Shown here: positions 20,417-30,071 of the stretch, piece by piece
Numbering within the stretch: position 1 is the stretch's first letter
Layout of the letters: each line of letters starts with the position of its first letter
Origin: Candidatus Poribacteria bacterium
GTDB taxonomy: Bacteria > Poribacteria > WGA-4E > PCPOR2b
Assembly (NCBI GenBank): GCA_965208675.1
Contig: OZ242351.1
Coordinates: 2,944,001-3,008,000, forward strand
Reading direction: 5' to 3'
DNA: 64,000 bases
Made by a program: the position numbers and the translations under genes
The notes under the pieces: generated by a model
Databases searched by the model: none
Told to the model about the DNA's origin: nothing
The model's input: only the letters and a program-made list of their open reading frames with translations

Positions 20417-21481
20417 TTAGTCAGTTGATTCGTTTTCGTGTACGCCGTACTTCTTGCCGTGATCCAAGATTAACGTCCAAACTGTAGCCGGCAGTTCAAT
20501 CCCTTCACGTGATTGCCTTTCTTCAGCCTGCCGCTCCGGGTCGCCGGGAACAAGCACTTCGGAAAAACCGGGTGCTGGCGGGATGGATCGAATCCCCGCA
20601 AGAAAATCGTTGACAGCTTGCTGGTACGCGTCCAGCGGCTGAAAAACGCTTATGTCGATTGCTTGAAAGAAGGTGCCGCCCATCCGTTCCGAATCGAGGC
20701 TAACCGCTGCAAGACCGCCAATCAAACACGTCAGCAGAGAGAATGCATATCCCTTATATCCGCCGAAGACAAGCATGTTTCCGCCGTCAAAAAAGTCGCC
20801 GGGATTGACGCTCGGCTGTCCGTGCTTGTCAATAATGCAACCCGGCGGAAGCTCTGTCCCCTTAACACGCGCGAGGTGAATTTTTGCGCCGGAGAGCATA
20901 GTGGTTGCAAAATCGGAAATAAAGTGTTTGCCATCCGCGGACGGTACTCCGAGCGCGATTGGGTTAGTCGACAGCGTTCCCTCGGCACCGCCGAACGGCG
21001 CGGCGTCGCCCGGCTCTTCTCCTCCCCAGCCCGATGTTACCATGCCGATAAAACCCTCACCAGCAGCCTGTTCTACGAACTCCCCGAGTCGCCCGATATG
21101 ATGCGTGCGCGTGAGGCTTACGGCGCCCATCCCGGTGGCGCGGGCTTTTTCCATTGCCAAATCCATACACCATCGTCCCGCATAATGCCCCCAACCTACA
21201 TGACCGTCGACTAGAGCCGTGCTAGCCGTTTCCCTGACCAGCTCGGGCATCCCGTCAGGAATCAGCCTCTCCTTTTCTATCGCATCTATGTAGCCAGGTC
21301 GAGCCGGTTCTGTGTACGTGGGGATTTGCGACACACCGTGTGAAGTGTGCCCTTTCAGGTCAGAGTTAACTAGGATTTGGGCAACGACCTCCGCGACCTC
21401 GTTTGGCGTCCCAACCGCCTCAAAAAGGCGTGTGCAATAATCGAGAAGCGTCGCTGAATGAATCCGAAGCGTAGATTCCAC
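20417..21481 (-). CDS. Type 2 malate/L-lactate dehydrogenase (Ldh_2) family oxidoreductase
   Basis: GHTSHG, HIGRLG, STNPIA, DFATT, GGYKGY and VPGDPE motifs; GTG start after AAGGAG. Confidence 0.88.
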   Translation of the reverse strand: MESTLRIHSATLLDYCTRLFEAVGTPNEVAEVVAQILVNSDLKGHTSHGVSQIPTYTEPARPGYIDAIEKERLIPDGMPELVRETASTALVDGHVGWGHYAGRWCMDLAMEKARATGMGAVSLTRTHHIGRLGEFVEQAAGEGFIGMVTSGWGGEEPGDAAPFGGAEGTLSTNPIALGVPSADGKHFISDFATTMLSGAKIHLARVKGTELPPGCIIDKHGQPSVNPGDFFDGGNMLVFGGYKGYAFSLLTCLIGGLAAVSLDSERMGGTFFQAIDISVFQPLDAYQQAVNDFLAGIRSIPPAPGFSEVLVPGDPERQAEERQSREGIELPATVWTLILDHGKKYGVHENESTD

Positions 21482-21660
21482 GCTAATATCTCCTTTGAAG
21501 GATAGAAGAAACGGCAATACGGTGCTTGTCGTGCATTAGGATAGCGTCGGACAAATAATGCAAATTTCCGTAGAATAGGCTTCCTAGTCACGATGGCCGA
21601 GACAACGGCGCCCATTCTAGAGAGGAATACACAATCGACTTAAACCCATTTGCCAGTGTC

Positions 21661-22083
21661 CTAGTTGAGATCGTCTTCGTCCAACACGCAACTAATCACA
21701 GCAGCGACCATCGTCTCGTCGCCGACAGCGACAACGTCGTGTTCGACCCTCGCGGGTATATACGCAGAACCTCCCGGCCCTACAGTCTTTTTTTCGTCGC
21801 CTACAGTGATTTCCGCCTGCCCGGCAAAGATATAATAACACTGTTCCCAGCTTGGATGGTGGTGGCTCCCGTGTGCTTTCCCCACAGGCCATGTGTGGAT
21901 GCCAACAATTAAGCGTTTCGTGGCAAATGGATTTGAGTCCTGCTTTTCGTATAATTCGCCCTCGGGGCATGTAATAACGACTGAATATCCAGATTCCTCA
22001 CGAGGAATACCTGGTATTGTTTCATCGCCCCATCCCGTAAAACTGCTCTTTAAATCTTCAAGCGTATGAATAAAATTCAGCAC
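21661..22083 (-). CDS. Cupin domain protein
   Basis: HHHPSWEQCYYIFAG...YIPARVEH motifs. Confidence 0.8.
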   Translation of the reverse strand: MLNFIHTLEDLKSSFTGWGDETIPGIPREESGYSVVITCPEGELYEKQDSNPFATKRLIVGIHTWPVGKAHGSHHHPSWEQCYYIFAGQAEITVGDEKKTVGPGGSAYIPARVEHDVVAVGDETMVAAVISCVLDEDDLN

Positions 22084-22296
22084 AAACGCCCTCCCTAAAA
22101 ATGTCAACACAAAAAGAGTTTGAAACTCTTGGCGTCAGAGTCGCGGCAACGGTATGCCGATTACGGTCAAAGAATATCCCAATATTCTACAAAAATTTTG
22201 AATTTGTGTCAAGCACCCTCGATTGAAATTTAGGATTCAGCAATCCTCCTCATATGCGCGATTTGAAAGACGCGCCCAGGAGTGTACTCCGTTTTT

Positions 22297-22422
22297 CGAC
22301 AATATGTTACGCCGCTGCACATAACCTTTTAAAGCTTCCGTATCGCGATTTGGAGATTGCTCCTACACGGGTGCATGCTGTAGGAGGGAACTCCGATTCC
22401 CGACAATATGTTACGCCGCTGC
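22297..22422. repeat. Inverted pair of GTAG-type REP-like units flanked by a 22-bp direct repeat
   Basis: cgacaatatgttacgccgctgc at 22297 and 22401; tcgcgatttggagattgctcctaca (22343) is inverted relative to tgtaggagggaactccgattcccga (22379). Confidence 0.6.
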
Positions 22423-22494
22423 GCCTAGGCTAAGAGAACTACAGTTTCTGCAGGTTGGGTTAACGGGTTTGCCGCTTATTTTTCAAAAACGCTC

Positions 22495-23085
22495 TTACGG
22501 AAGGCTAGTGTAAATCCGTGTCTCTTCCAAAGTATGGGAGAACGGCCCCTGTTTATCCGTTTCTACGGTCACCGTAATTATTCCCATTTCTGTGTCACGC
22601 TGCGGATCCTCCAGGATTAGCGGGCGTGGAATTTCTGAACGTAGTAATCTTATATTTGACCTGCCAAGCGAACCCCACCGCAAGTCAAAAAGTTGGCCAT
22701 CATAAACCTTTTCGTTCTTGGTGCCCTGCCGCATTGAATAGATCGTAGCATCCGTTATGAATTTGGATTCGGAGATCGCATTAACACCAACCCCCGGCGT
22801 TAGAATGCTTTCACTCCAGATGAGGGCGTTGCGATTCCTATCTAGCAGAATAATTCGAATATCAAGATAGCCGAGGCGATAATCTGATTCGATTCGGATA
22901 TTCTCGAAGTTTTGAATCTCCCCGCTGCTGCACCCAAATATCGCAAATAGCTGAACTAGAGCTAATCCGCCAAAAAGCCGTTTTAGTTTTACATTCCTAA
23001 TGCAATACAACCTTTGTCTCCTGCCCTTAAGTCCAAACCCGATAGATTTAGCTGACTGTTCAAACACCCAAAGTATATCTGTCAA
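22495..23085 (-). CDS. Hypothetical lipoprotein (start uncertain)
   Basis: Hydrophobic stretch ending in lipobox IFGC. Confidence 0.55.
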   Translation of the reverse strand: MTDILWVFEQSAKSIGFGLKGRRQRLYCIRNVKLKRLFGGLALVQLFAIFGCSSGEIQNFENIRIESDYRLGYLDIRIILLDRNRNALIWSESILTPGVGVNAISESKFITDATIYSMRQGTKNEKVYDGQLFDLRWGSLGRSNIRLLRSEIPRPLILEDPQRDTEMGIITVTVETDKQGPFSHTLEETRIYTSLP

Positions 23086-23103
23086 TCTTTGATCTGAATA
23101 GTC

Positions 23104-23130
23104 AAAAAAAGGCAGCCATTAGGCTGCCTT
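23104..23130 (-). terminator. Intrinsic terminator after exbD
   Basis: Hairpin aaggcagcc-taat-ggctgcctt running into a T-tract on the minus strand. Confidence 0.75.
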
Positions 23131-23257
23131 ACATAAAAACTTACACTTCCGAAACGGCGGCATCGAATCTGCGTCAACTTGCCTTTCGCCCGTAATTCGA
23201 TTGTCCGATAAAACTAAATGCAATTAGCACATTTCATGGAAGCGTATAAATCAAGAT

Positions 23258-23674
23258 TTACTCATCTTCCGATACGGCTATGGCAATTTCCTGCCCCTCA
23301 GGTTTACTAAATCGTTGTTTCGCACGCTCCATCACATCAATAACCACGCCATGTTGGGTGCTCTTGTCAGCCTTGATGATTAGCGTACTAATCAGATGCT
23401 CGTGCGTGGCAAGAAATATATCCATTTCGTCCATCGTTTGCATTAACAAGTCATCAAAGGAAATTTGACCATCTGGACTGATAAATAAGTTAAATTTCTT
23501 ACGTGGAAACTCGTGCTTTGTCGCTGACTCCGGTAGCGTGACTGAAAATGGCGGAGGCGTACGCATGATTGCCGAGACCATAAAGAAAATCAACAACAGA
23601 AACACGCAATCAATCATCGGCGCCATTTGCAACTCGGTGTCTTGCCGACCACCCCGCCGCTGAAATAAAGCCAT
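23258..23674 (-). CDS. exbD: ExbD/TolR family protein
   Basis: MAPMIDCVFLLLIFFMV TM motif with conserved Asp; IIKADK and VIDVME motifs. Confidence 0.9.
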   Translation of the reverse strand: MALFQRRGGRQDTELQMAPMIDCVFLLLIFFMVSAIMRTPPPFSVTLPESATKHEFPRKKFNLFISPDGQISFDDLLMQTMDEMDIFLATHEHLISTLIIKADKSTQHGVVIDVMERAKQRFSKPEGQEIAIAVSEDE

Positions 23675-23706
23675 GGTTTTCCTCCTTTTATTAACATTTC
23701 GTAGTG

Positions 23707-23898
23707 TTAGTAATTTGGTTTATGAATTTCAGTTCCTTCAGGTCTACTAAAGCGTTGAATTGCACGCTCCATTACATCAATAGATATGTCATGATGCGGC
23801 CTCTTGATTGACCTTATTCGAAATTGCTTCTTTAAGGGGGCCGCGGGGAAATTCGTACCTTGTCCTTAACACCGGCCGCGCGGTTGAAACAAAGGCAT
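23707..23898 (-). pseudogene. Decayed, internally deleted duplicate of the downstream exbD
   Basis: Manual translation gives MPLFQPRG*...TRYEFPR...IDVMERAIQRFSRPEGTEI versus MALFQRRG...TKHEFPR...IDVMERAKQRFSKPEGQEI in 23258..23674. Confidence 0.8.
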
Positions 23899-23916
23899 TT
23901 CTACCCTTACTTTGTC

Positions 23917-24369
23917 TCATTCCCTCGCGACCATGGCAAAGCCAATTTTATCAATACCTGCCTGTTTTGCAAGATCCATAATCTTAACAATTTGCTCATG
24001 TAAAACTGCACGCTCTGATTGGATTATCAGCATATTCTTGATGTCTTCGGGGGCATTAATGAACTGGCTAAACATTTCGTTGAATCCGACGATTTCATCG
24101 TTCAATACCATTGTACCCACGCGCTCTGCTCCCGACGGATTGGCAATTCGCACGATTAGTCCCTTCGGTTTATTGGGATTCGGCTTGCCCGGCGGCGGTA
24201 ACTGCACGCGAATACCCGGCATCGGCGAGAATGTCGTTGCCACCATGAAAAAGATTAACAGTAGGAACACGCAGTCAATCATAGGGGCCATGTCCATTCG
24301 CGGCCCCTTTCTCTCTTTCAGTTTTGTAGAGAGCAATGTCATACGTTCAGGTTTTCCACCCTGAGCCAT
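23917..24369 (-). CDS. exbD: ExbD/TolR family protein
   Basis: DMAPMIDCVFLLLIFFMVATTF and IMDLAKQAGIDKIGF motifs. Confidence 0.9.
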   Translation of the reverse strand: MAQGGKPERMTLLSTKLKERKGPRMDMAPMIDCVFLLLIFFMVATTFSPMPGIRVQLPPPGKPNPNKPKGLIVRIANPSGAERVGTMVLNDEIVGFNEMFSQFINAPEDIKNMLIIQSERAVLHEQIVKIMDLAKQAGIDKIGFAMVARE

Positions 24370-24453
24370 TTCAATCCTCCTATTGATAGGTAGTAATAAT
24401 ACAATGCTGCCCTTGTAACTTTACGTTACAGGGACAGCATCGAAGCGTCAGGT

Positions 24454-25473
24454 TTAGGCATTATCCATTTGACCAAGCACCAACTGGTTCACGATTTCGT
24501 TTGAGACTTGCTCAATCTCAATTACGTACCTGTTGACCCCGCTATCAAATAGGTTGTAGAAAATGAGGCAAGGAATAGCTATCGTCAAACCACCTGCAGT
24601 CGTCAGCAATGCCTGTGAAATACCTCCTGCCAGTTGCTGCGGGTCCCCGGTACCTTCTAGCGCGATGGTCGTAAATGCGCTAATCATACCGATAACCGTA
24701 CCCAGCAGACCAAACAGCGGAGAAATAGCGGCGATTGTACCGAGTACGGGCAGATTCCGCTCAAGCTCAGGAATTTCGAGGAGACTTGCCTCCTGAATGG
24801 CTTCTTGGATTTCTTCTTTGGTAATCTCTCGTTCTTCAATTTGCGCTTGGCTGTACTTCAACAATCCCGCCTTCAATACGTTAGCTAATGGACCGCCAGC
24901 TTCCTCACAAGTTGAGACAGCTTCCATTATATTTTCGTTGCGCAAGAAGTTCGTGATACTTGCCATGAACTGTTCCGTGCCGATTTTTGACCGGCTTCTC
25001 GCAAAGGTAAATAGCCGTTCAATAATGAACGTCACTGCCACAACAGAGCACAGAGCAAGCGGCCAGAAGATGATACCGAACTTCGCAAAGAATGTGAAAA
25101 CGGTATCTTTTTTCGTCATTTTCATTTGTACATACTGATCGCCGCCGGCTGTAATTGTAACTGCTTTACCTTCCCTGTCTTTGTAGCCGTCTCTATAGAA
25201 ACTCATCAAATAACGGCCCGGGGGAATGCCGCTTGCCTCAAATTCCCCGCCCGTATCTGTTTGTGTATCATACTCGGTCCCACTGACATCTTTAATAATT
25301 ACGTTGACTTCGGGAACAGGGTTTGACTGAGCTGAGGTATCCAAAACCTGACCGCGAACAATGCCGGTTGTACTGGAGACATCTACAGATGTTTCTTCCT
25401 CTTGTGCAAACACTACCGCACCCTGGAATATCAACAAGCTAACTATAATTAGAGTTACACTCAAACGTTGCAT
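24454..25473 (-). CDS. exbB: ExbB/TolQ/MotA proton-channel protein with N-terminal carboxypeptidase-regulatory-like beta-sandwich
   Basis: Signal peptide; G.VRGQVLD...TDTGGEF...IPPGRY domain; SPLFGLLGTVIGMI and GGISQALLTTAGGL motifs. Confidence 0.88.
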   Translation of the reverse strand: MQRLSVTLIIVSLLIFQGAVVFAQEEETSVDVSSTTGIVRGQVLDTSAQSNPVPEVNVIIKDVSGTEYDTQTDTGGEFEASGIPPGRYLMSFYRDGYKDREGKAVTITAGGDQYVQMKMTKKDTVFTFFAKFGIIFWPLALCSVVAVTFIIERLFTFARSRSKIGTEQFMASITNFLRNENIMEAVSTCEEAGGPLANVLKAGLLKYSQAQIEEREITKEEIQEAIQEASLLEIPELERNLPVLGTIAAISPLFGLLGTVIGMISAFTTIALEGTGDPQQLAGGISQALLTTAGGLTIAIPCLIFYNLFDSGVNRYVIEIEQVSNEIVNQLVLGQMDNA

Positions 25474-25578
25474 CTTTTCCTCCCACAATCTGTACGTTTA
25501 GGTTATGACTTTGAAAAGGGATGGCACTTCCTACTATAAACAAACCCCTGATTTTTTCAAAAGTTTTGAATCAAATTG

Positions 25579-25614
25579 AAAAAAAGCGCCAAGCATTCGA
25601 TACGCTTGGCGCTT
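25579..25614 (-). terminator. Intrinsic terminator after the large envelope protein gene
   Basis: Stem aagcgccaagc...gcttggcgctt running into a T-tract on the minus strand. Confidence 0.7.
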
Positions 25615-25619
25615 CCATA

Positions 25620-28600
25620 CTAGAATCCCATCATTGCGCGGATGAACGTCGTGTTAGTCGTCGTCCGCTCAAATATGATTCGCGTCCGGCGGAAACCCGA
25701 CAATACCACGATGTTGAACCCTAACCACTCACCACGCTTAATCATCTGAATTTCAAAGATACGCGTACGAATGTCTGGTCGGAATAAAACCGGTACCGGT
25801 TCGTCAACAGGGAAATTCGTTAGAAAATTCTTGAAATTGTTGTCCCGGTTGGTAAACTTCCGGTATTGAAAACCTGCAAGAATATTCACTCGCTGGGAGA
25901 ACTGGTAATCTAGGCGTACACCCAGCACATCCTCACGACTCCGAATATTAAACCGCAAGTATTCTACCGGTGCCAAATCCGTTGGCACGAAAAGGCGCGG
26001 ATTCAACACGTCGCCAATCTCCTCGCCTTTTCGATCGAACTTCTTCGTCCAGATGTACTTCGCCATAGGCGTGAGCGTTAAATCCTCACCAATCTTGTCT
26101 ACTCCCGGCAAGTCGCCCAACGGTATCTCATATTTAAACTTGATAACAGTTGTCTGGTTACGAATATTGCGCTCCGCGTAGCGGCGCTGTTTCCACTGGT
26201 CGGGATCATAAACTAGCCCGCGCTGTTGCTCAGCATCCGGATGCAGCGGGTTTAGACCGTGATCGGGATAGAACGGGAATTCACGTCTATCTCCGGCAAC
26301 ACGAACCTGATCCACTGGCACCATCAAATCCACACGTTCATCCAGTTCTGTGTTCTCATCACTTTCTTCTAAAGACTCGTCGAACGGAATGTCTAACGCT
26401 ATCGCATCCTCAGCATCCGGCTCGAACTGCTTTTGAAGAACTAACAAGAATTTCGTCTCTAACGTCAAATTCGGGATGGCCGTATAAATGAACTGGAGTG
26501 TCGATGTATTCGCGCGTGCGTTGAAGAAGTCCAATTCATCTGATTCTTGCGTTGTCTCTAATTCACCAGGACGCAGTGTAATCGAGTATTCGGGAATGTC
26601 ATCTCGAACGCGAACAAACCGGTTCTGGAACAACATCGTCCCAAAATCAGGGATGTCGCGTTGATAAGTCAGATGCATATATCTCGAATCGTTCTGGCGG
26701 CGACTCGAAATTTCGCTCTCGTTTAGCCAACCTACCTTCAGTGTTAGGTTATCCAACAAGTCGTAGCTCGCAGCGATATGGTATCCTTCACGGTCAATAC
26801 CGTACTCATACTGCGGCTCATAATCATCCTCAAGGGAATCAATTACACCGTTGTTATTCAAGTCAACCAAATCCTGAAAAATGGGAGGATCTGCTTCGAA
26901 AATCAGAAAATCTTCTTCGTAGTCTAACACGCCGTTCTGATCACGGTCGTCGGCTTGTGGTAAAACACCGTCAAAGTCGATGTCATCTGGCCAATCATCA
27001 TCATCATCATCATCTTCAACCAAAATGTAATTGATTTCATCGTATGGTGAGATTTCCGCCGCCGATTCGGGTGTCCGATCTAGAGAATACGTCTGATCTC
27101 TGTCTGTGTTCGCACCCCAATTATGGTACGTCGTGGTGTAACCGGGGTCAATATGATAGAACGTCTCCTCCAAAAACAGCCTGCCGAATCGTTGCTTGAG
27201 GTTGATGAACCACGCAACTTCTCGACCCAGTTCCCCACTGCCGTTTTCGTCGGTGCCGTCTCCACCTAAACGGGCTTCAAACCTTTCCCCTTCAGTCTCG
27301 GAGTAGGTCGGAAGATTCGTATCGGTGTTTATCACCCGCCCCGTTGACGGATCTATCGCGATATTCGATGGCTCATCAATATCCGGATTGACTTGGCTGA
27401 AACTGACCTTGTCTTTTGGGATAGTCGGATACTGTTTATACTTGCTGTTGACGGAATAGTGGGCGCGAATTAACGTGTTAAACAGTGTGCCTTCCAAGTC
27501 CACACCGTACAACACCGCCGCCCTCGCAGCACCGTAGCGATAACTTACTTTACGTGCGCGCCCCTCACCCGTCCACGCATTTGGATTCCGAAATTGATTG
27601 GCTCGATTGCTCGTATAATCGGACGACTGCCCGTAATTGCCAGGCGCTTGGATGACATCTCGAAACGGCATTTCAATATGGCCGTCTGACGTCTTAATCC
27701 AATCCGAACTCACGTCGCCGACGTTGGCGCCGCTGAAACCGACCACTGAGATATTGTAGTCGCCAGCAGCTATAATCTCAAACAACACGGATTTCACCTG
27801 GCGCGGGTTGATTGGATCGTCCAACGCCTCAAGGTTCAATTCATACTGCATAGCATCGAAACCCTCGACGATTTTCCAATCCCCGGTCTCATGCACTGTG
27901 CTGCCTCCGACCGGCAAAATCTCATCGGAAAACACAGTAAATTTTTGCTGTTCTTCCGGTAACTGGCGGGCAACTTCACCTGCTTCCCTCTCGTCAACCG
28001 TCAGTTCCTCAAGTCCTTGCGTGACAATCGTCACTGTTATAGTCTTAACCGCCGCACCAACACCGCCTTGGATGTTTTCTTCCGGAAGATTCGCGAATGC
28101 TGACGGATGGTTATCCTCTGGAGAATCATCACGGAATACGACCGCAATCCGTTCCGGCGGAGTATTCGCAACTGAACCCAACATCGGATTCTCTACGCGT
28201 TCCGGATGTTGTTTTTGAAGGTTAACATACGTGAATCCCGCGCGAAACACATCGCCCAAAAGCCCCTGTGCACGAAATCCGAGTAATCGTGCATTTTCAA
28301 TGTGCCGAACCCCAGCATCATCCGAAAAACCGTTGCGCCGGCCAAAGGTGCCCGCCAGTGTGGGAACTGCATCAGAGAGCTGCGCCGGGTTAGAAATTCG
28401 GGAGTTGAGCAACGTAAATAGGTGGCGTTCATGCGCAAACGAAATATCCATGCGAAAACCATCGAATTCCGTTTTATACATGATATATCGGTTCGGAAAT
28501 AGTGTAGAGGGTTTAATTCGCATGTTGTCGCCGATGGCGCACTCTGCATGCCTGCCGCGGAACGTGTCTTCTGTTAATACAGTACGGTCCAATTGTGCAG

Positions 28601-28907
28601 AGAAACGCTCACTATCGAGTTGGCCCGTCCATCCAACGATTAGTTCTCCGGATGGATCAAACAACTTTTGTTCTCGGTAGTTATAGACCTCCGATCCTTC
28701 CAGCAATTCCTTTCCAAAGAGATCGTAGAAGAATTGAGGTTCTTCCTCGAGTTGAAATCGGTCAGAAAACTTGGATTGTCCCTCAATGGAAGGGAGCAGG
28801 GGCTCTTGTGGTCCCAGTGATTGTGCCCCGCAACCATAGAACATTAAACAACTGAACAATCCAGCCGCAACAAACAACCAATCAAGCGAGGGTTTTGGTG
28901 TCTTCAT
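25620..28907 (-). CDS. Large putative outer-membrane (lipo)protein with Asp-rich Ca-binding-like loops
   Basis: GGAGG RBS; lipobox-like FYGC; amphipathic beta-strand pattern; C-terminal Phe (RAMMGF); EDDDDDDDWPDD, DRDQNGVLD and DLNNNGVID motifs. Confidence 0.6.
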   Translation of the reverse strand: MKTPKPSLDWLFVAAGLFSCLMFYGCGAQSLGPQEPLLPSIEGQSKFSDRFQLEEEPQFFYDLFGKELLEGSEVYNYREQKLFDPSGELIVGWTGQLDSERFSAQLDRTVLTEDTFRGRHAECAIGDNMRIKPSTLFPNRYIMYKTEFDGFRMDISFAHERHLFTLLNSRISNPAQLSDAVPTLAGTFGRRNGFSDDAGVRHIENARLLGFRAQGLLGDVFRAGFTYVNLQKQHPERVENPMLGSVANTPPERIAVVFRDDSPEDNHPSAFANLPEENIQGGVGAAVKTITVTIVTQGLEELTVDEREAGEVARQLPEEQQKFTVFSDEILPVGGSTVHETGDWKIVEGFDAMQYELNLEALDDPINPRQVKSVLFEIIAAGDYNISVVGFSGANVGDVSSDWIKTSDGHIEMPFRDVIQAPGNYGQSSDYTSNRANQFRNPNAWTGEGRARKVSYRYGAARAAVLYGVDLEGTLFNTLIRAHYSVNSKYKQYPTIPKDKVSFSQVNPDIDEPSNIAIDPSTGRVINTDTNLPTYSETEGERFEARLGGDGTDENGSGELGREVAWFINLKQRFGRLFLEETFYHIDPGYTTTYHNWGANTDRDQTYSLDRTPESAAEISPYDEINYILVEDDDDDDDWPDDIDFDGVLPQADDRDQNGVLDYEEDFLIFEADPPIFQDLVDLNNNGVIDSLEDDYEPQYEYGIDREGYHIAASYDLLDNLTLKVGWLNESEISSRRQNDSRYMHLTYQRDIPDFGTMLFQNRFVRVRDDIPEYSITLRPGELETTQESDELDFFNARANTSTLQFIYTAIPNLTLETKFLLVLQKQFEPDAEDAIALDIPFDESLEESDENTELDERVDLMVPVDQVRVAGDRREFPFYPDHGLNPLHPDAEQQRGLVYDPDQWKQRRYAERNIRNQTTVIKFKYEIPLGDLPGVDKIGEDLTLTPMAKYIWTKKFDRKGEEIGDVLNPRLFVPTDLAPVEYLRFNIRSREDVLGVRLDYQFSQRVNILAGFQYRKFTNRDNNFKNFLTNFPVDEPVPVLFRPDIRTRIFEIQMIKRGEWLGFNIVVLSGFRRTRIIFERTTTNTTFIRAMMGF

Positions 28908-30071
28908 TAAACATGCCTCCTTGAGCAAATAAAATTGTGTACTGGTCAATCGGTCAAATTGACGTTCTTGCCCACTAAATCTGCGGCAACAATCTATTCC
29001 ATCACATTGACCATTGACATATTGTTACATCACAGTGCAAACAAAATATCATTGAGTTCAACTCAACCTAGACTCATTTTTCGCGTCATGCGCTTGTGCT
29101 TCCTCGAATGAACACAACATCAATGTGGAAAAACCAACACTAAAGGATACGTAATAACGACATATATAGCCTTTGTTTGGTCGTTTTTGAGCGAAAGCCA
29201 AAAGTAAGGATAAAACCATAGTCCTTGAAAACGTTAGGACTACTATGTTGCAATTTTACCGGAAAAAATCACTATTCGCGATTTAATCCTATGTCGCCAA
29301 CAGCCTACAATACTGTCGTGCGGGAAATCATGACCTCCTTTCATCTAATCGCCTGCTCACTTACATAACCCCAAGAGTTGTTTCCTATCGCTATGAGTTA
29401 CCCGTTAAGCCGTATGAACGATGTCAATCAACACTTCAATTAACAGAGACTTTTTTTGCATGGTGCCTACTGATGCCCGTAACAAAGGATATTGAGTATT
29501 TCTAAACACCTGGATAGCCGGCACTATGGAGACAGGGCGTACAAAAATTGTGTGACGGAAGACTTTGACACACCGTCAATGTGGAATTGAAGCCTAAACA
29601 AGATAAGAATGTAATTACAAATATCGTGCTGCTGCCCTTCCTTGCCGCAGAGGGAATTTAATCAAAAGTAATCTCGGTCGTTTCGGCCAGCGGTATCCAA
29701 CCAATTCTGACTCTGAAGGTCGCTCACTGCGCTCACTGATTGGATGAATTGATTGTAACTTGCTTAACTCAGTGGAGATGGTTTTATCAGGCTCCGAAAA
29801 TAAGGCAGCCTTTAAGATAACACTTCTACAATTTTCTGTCAAGACTTTTTTGCACACTTTTAACCTGACCCATCCCGCCGCATATCAATACGTAATTCTT
29901 TGCACGCTTTTACTTATGATTCTGTTAATGTCTATGGTCGGTATTTGGTATTTTACTCTACTACAGGACATTAACTCGTACATTCCTTGGGTAATAACTC
30001 GGATTCTCAATCCTGATTAAAAAAATCTTACAAAGTTGCTCTCCCTTCGCACTCACTTCTAATGACACAAT

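Noticed and set aside
20513-21214. Long antisense ORFs (e.g. 233 aa here; also 33658-34074, 19705-20193)
   Set aside because: Shadow frames of well-supported genes, with no motifs or RBS.
22297-22422. Possible mini-CRISPR (22-bp repeat twice)
   Set aside because: Only two copies, an 82-bp spacer made of REP-like units, and no cas genes.
29185-29250. c-di-GMP-I riboswitch-like hairpins
   Set aside because: Core GGCAAA/GACGCAAAGC is missing and the orientation points away from the adjacent gene.
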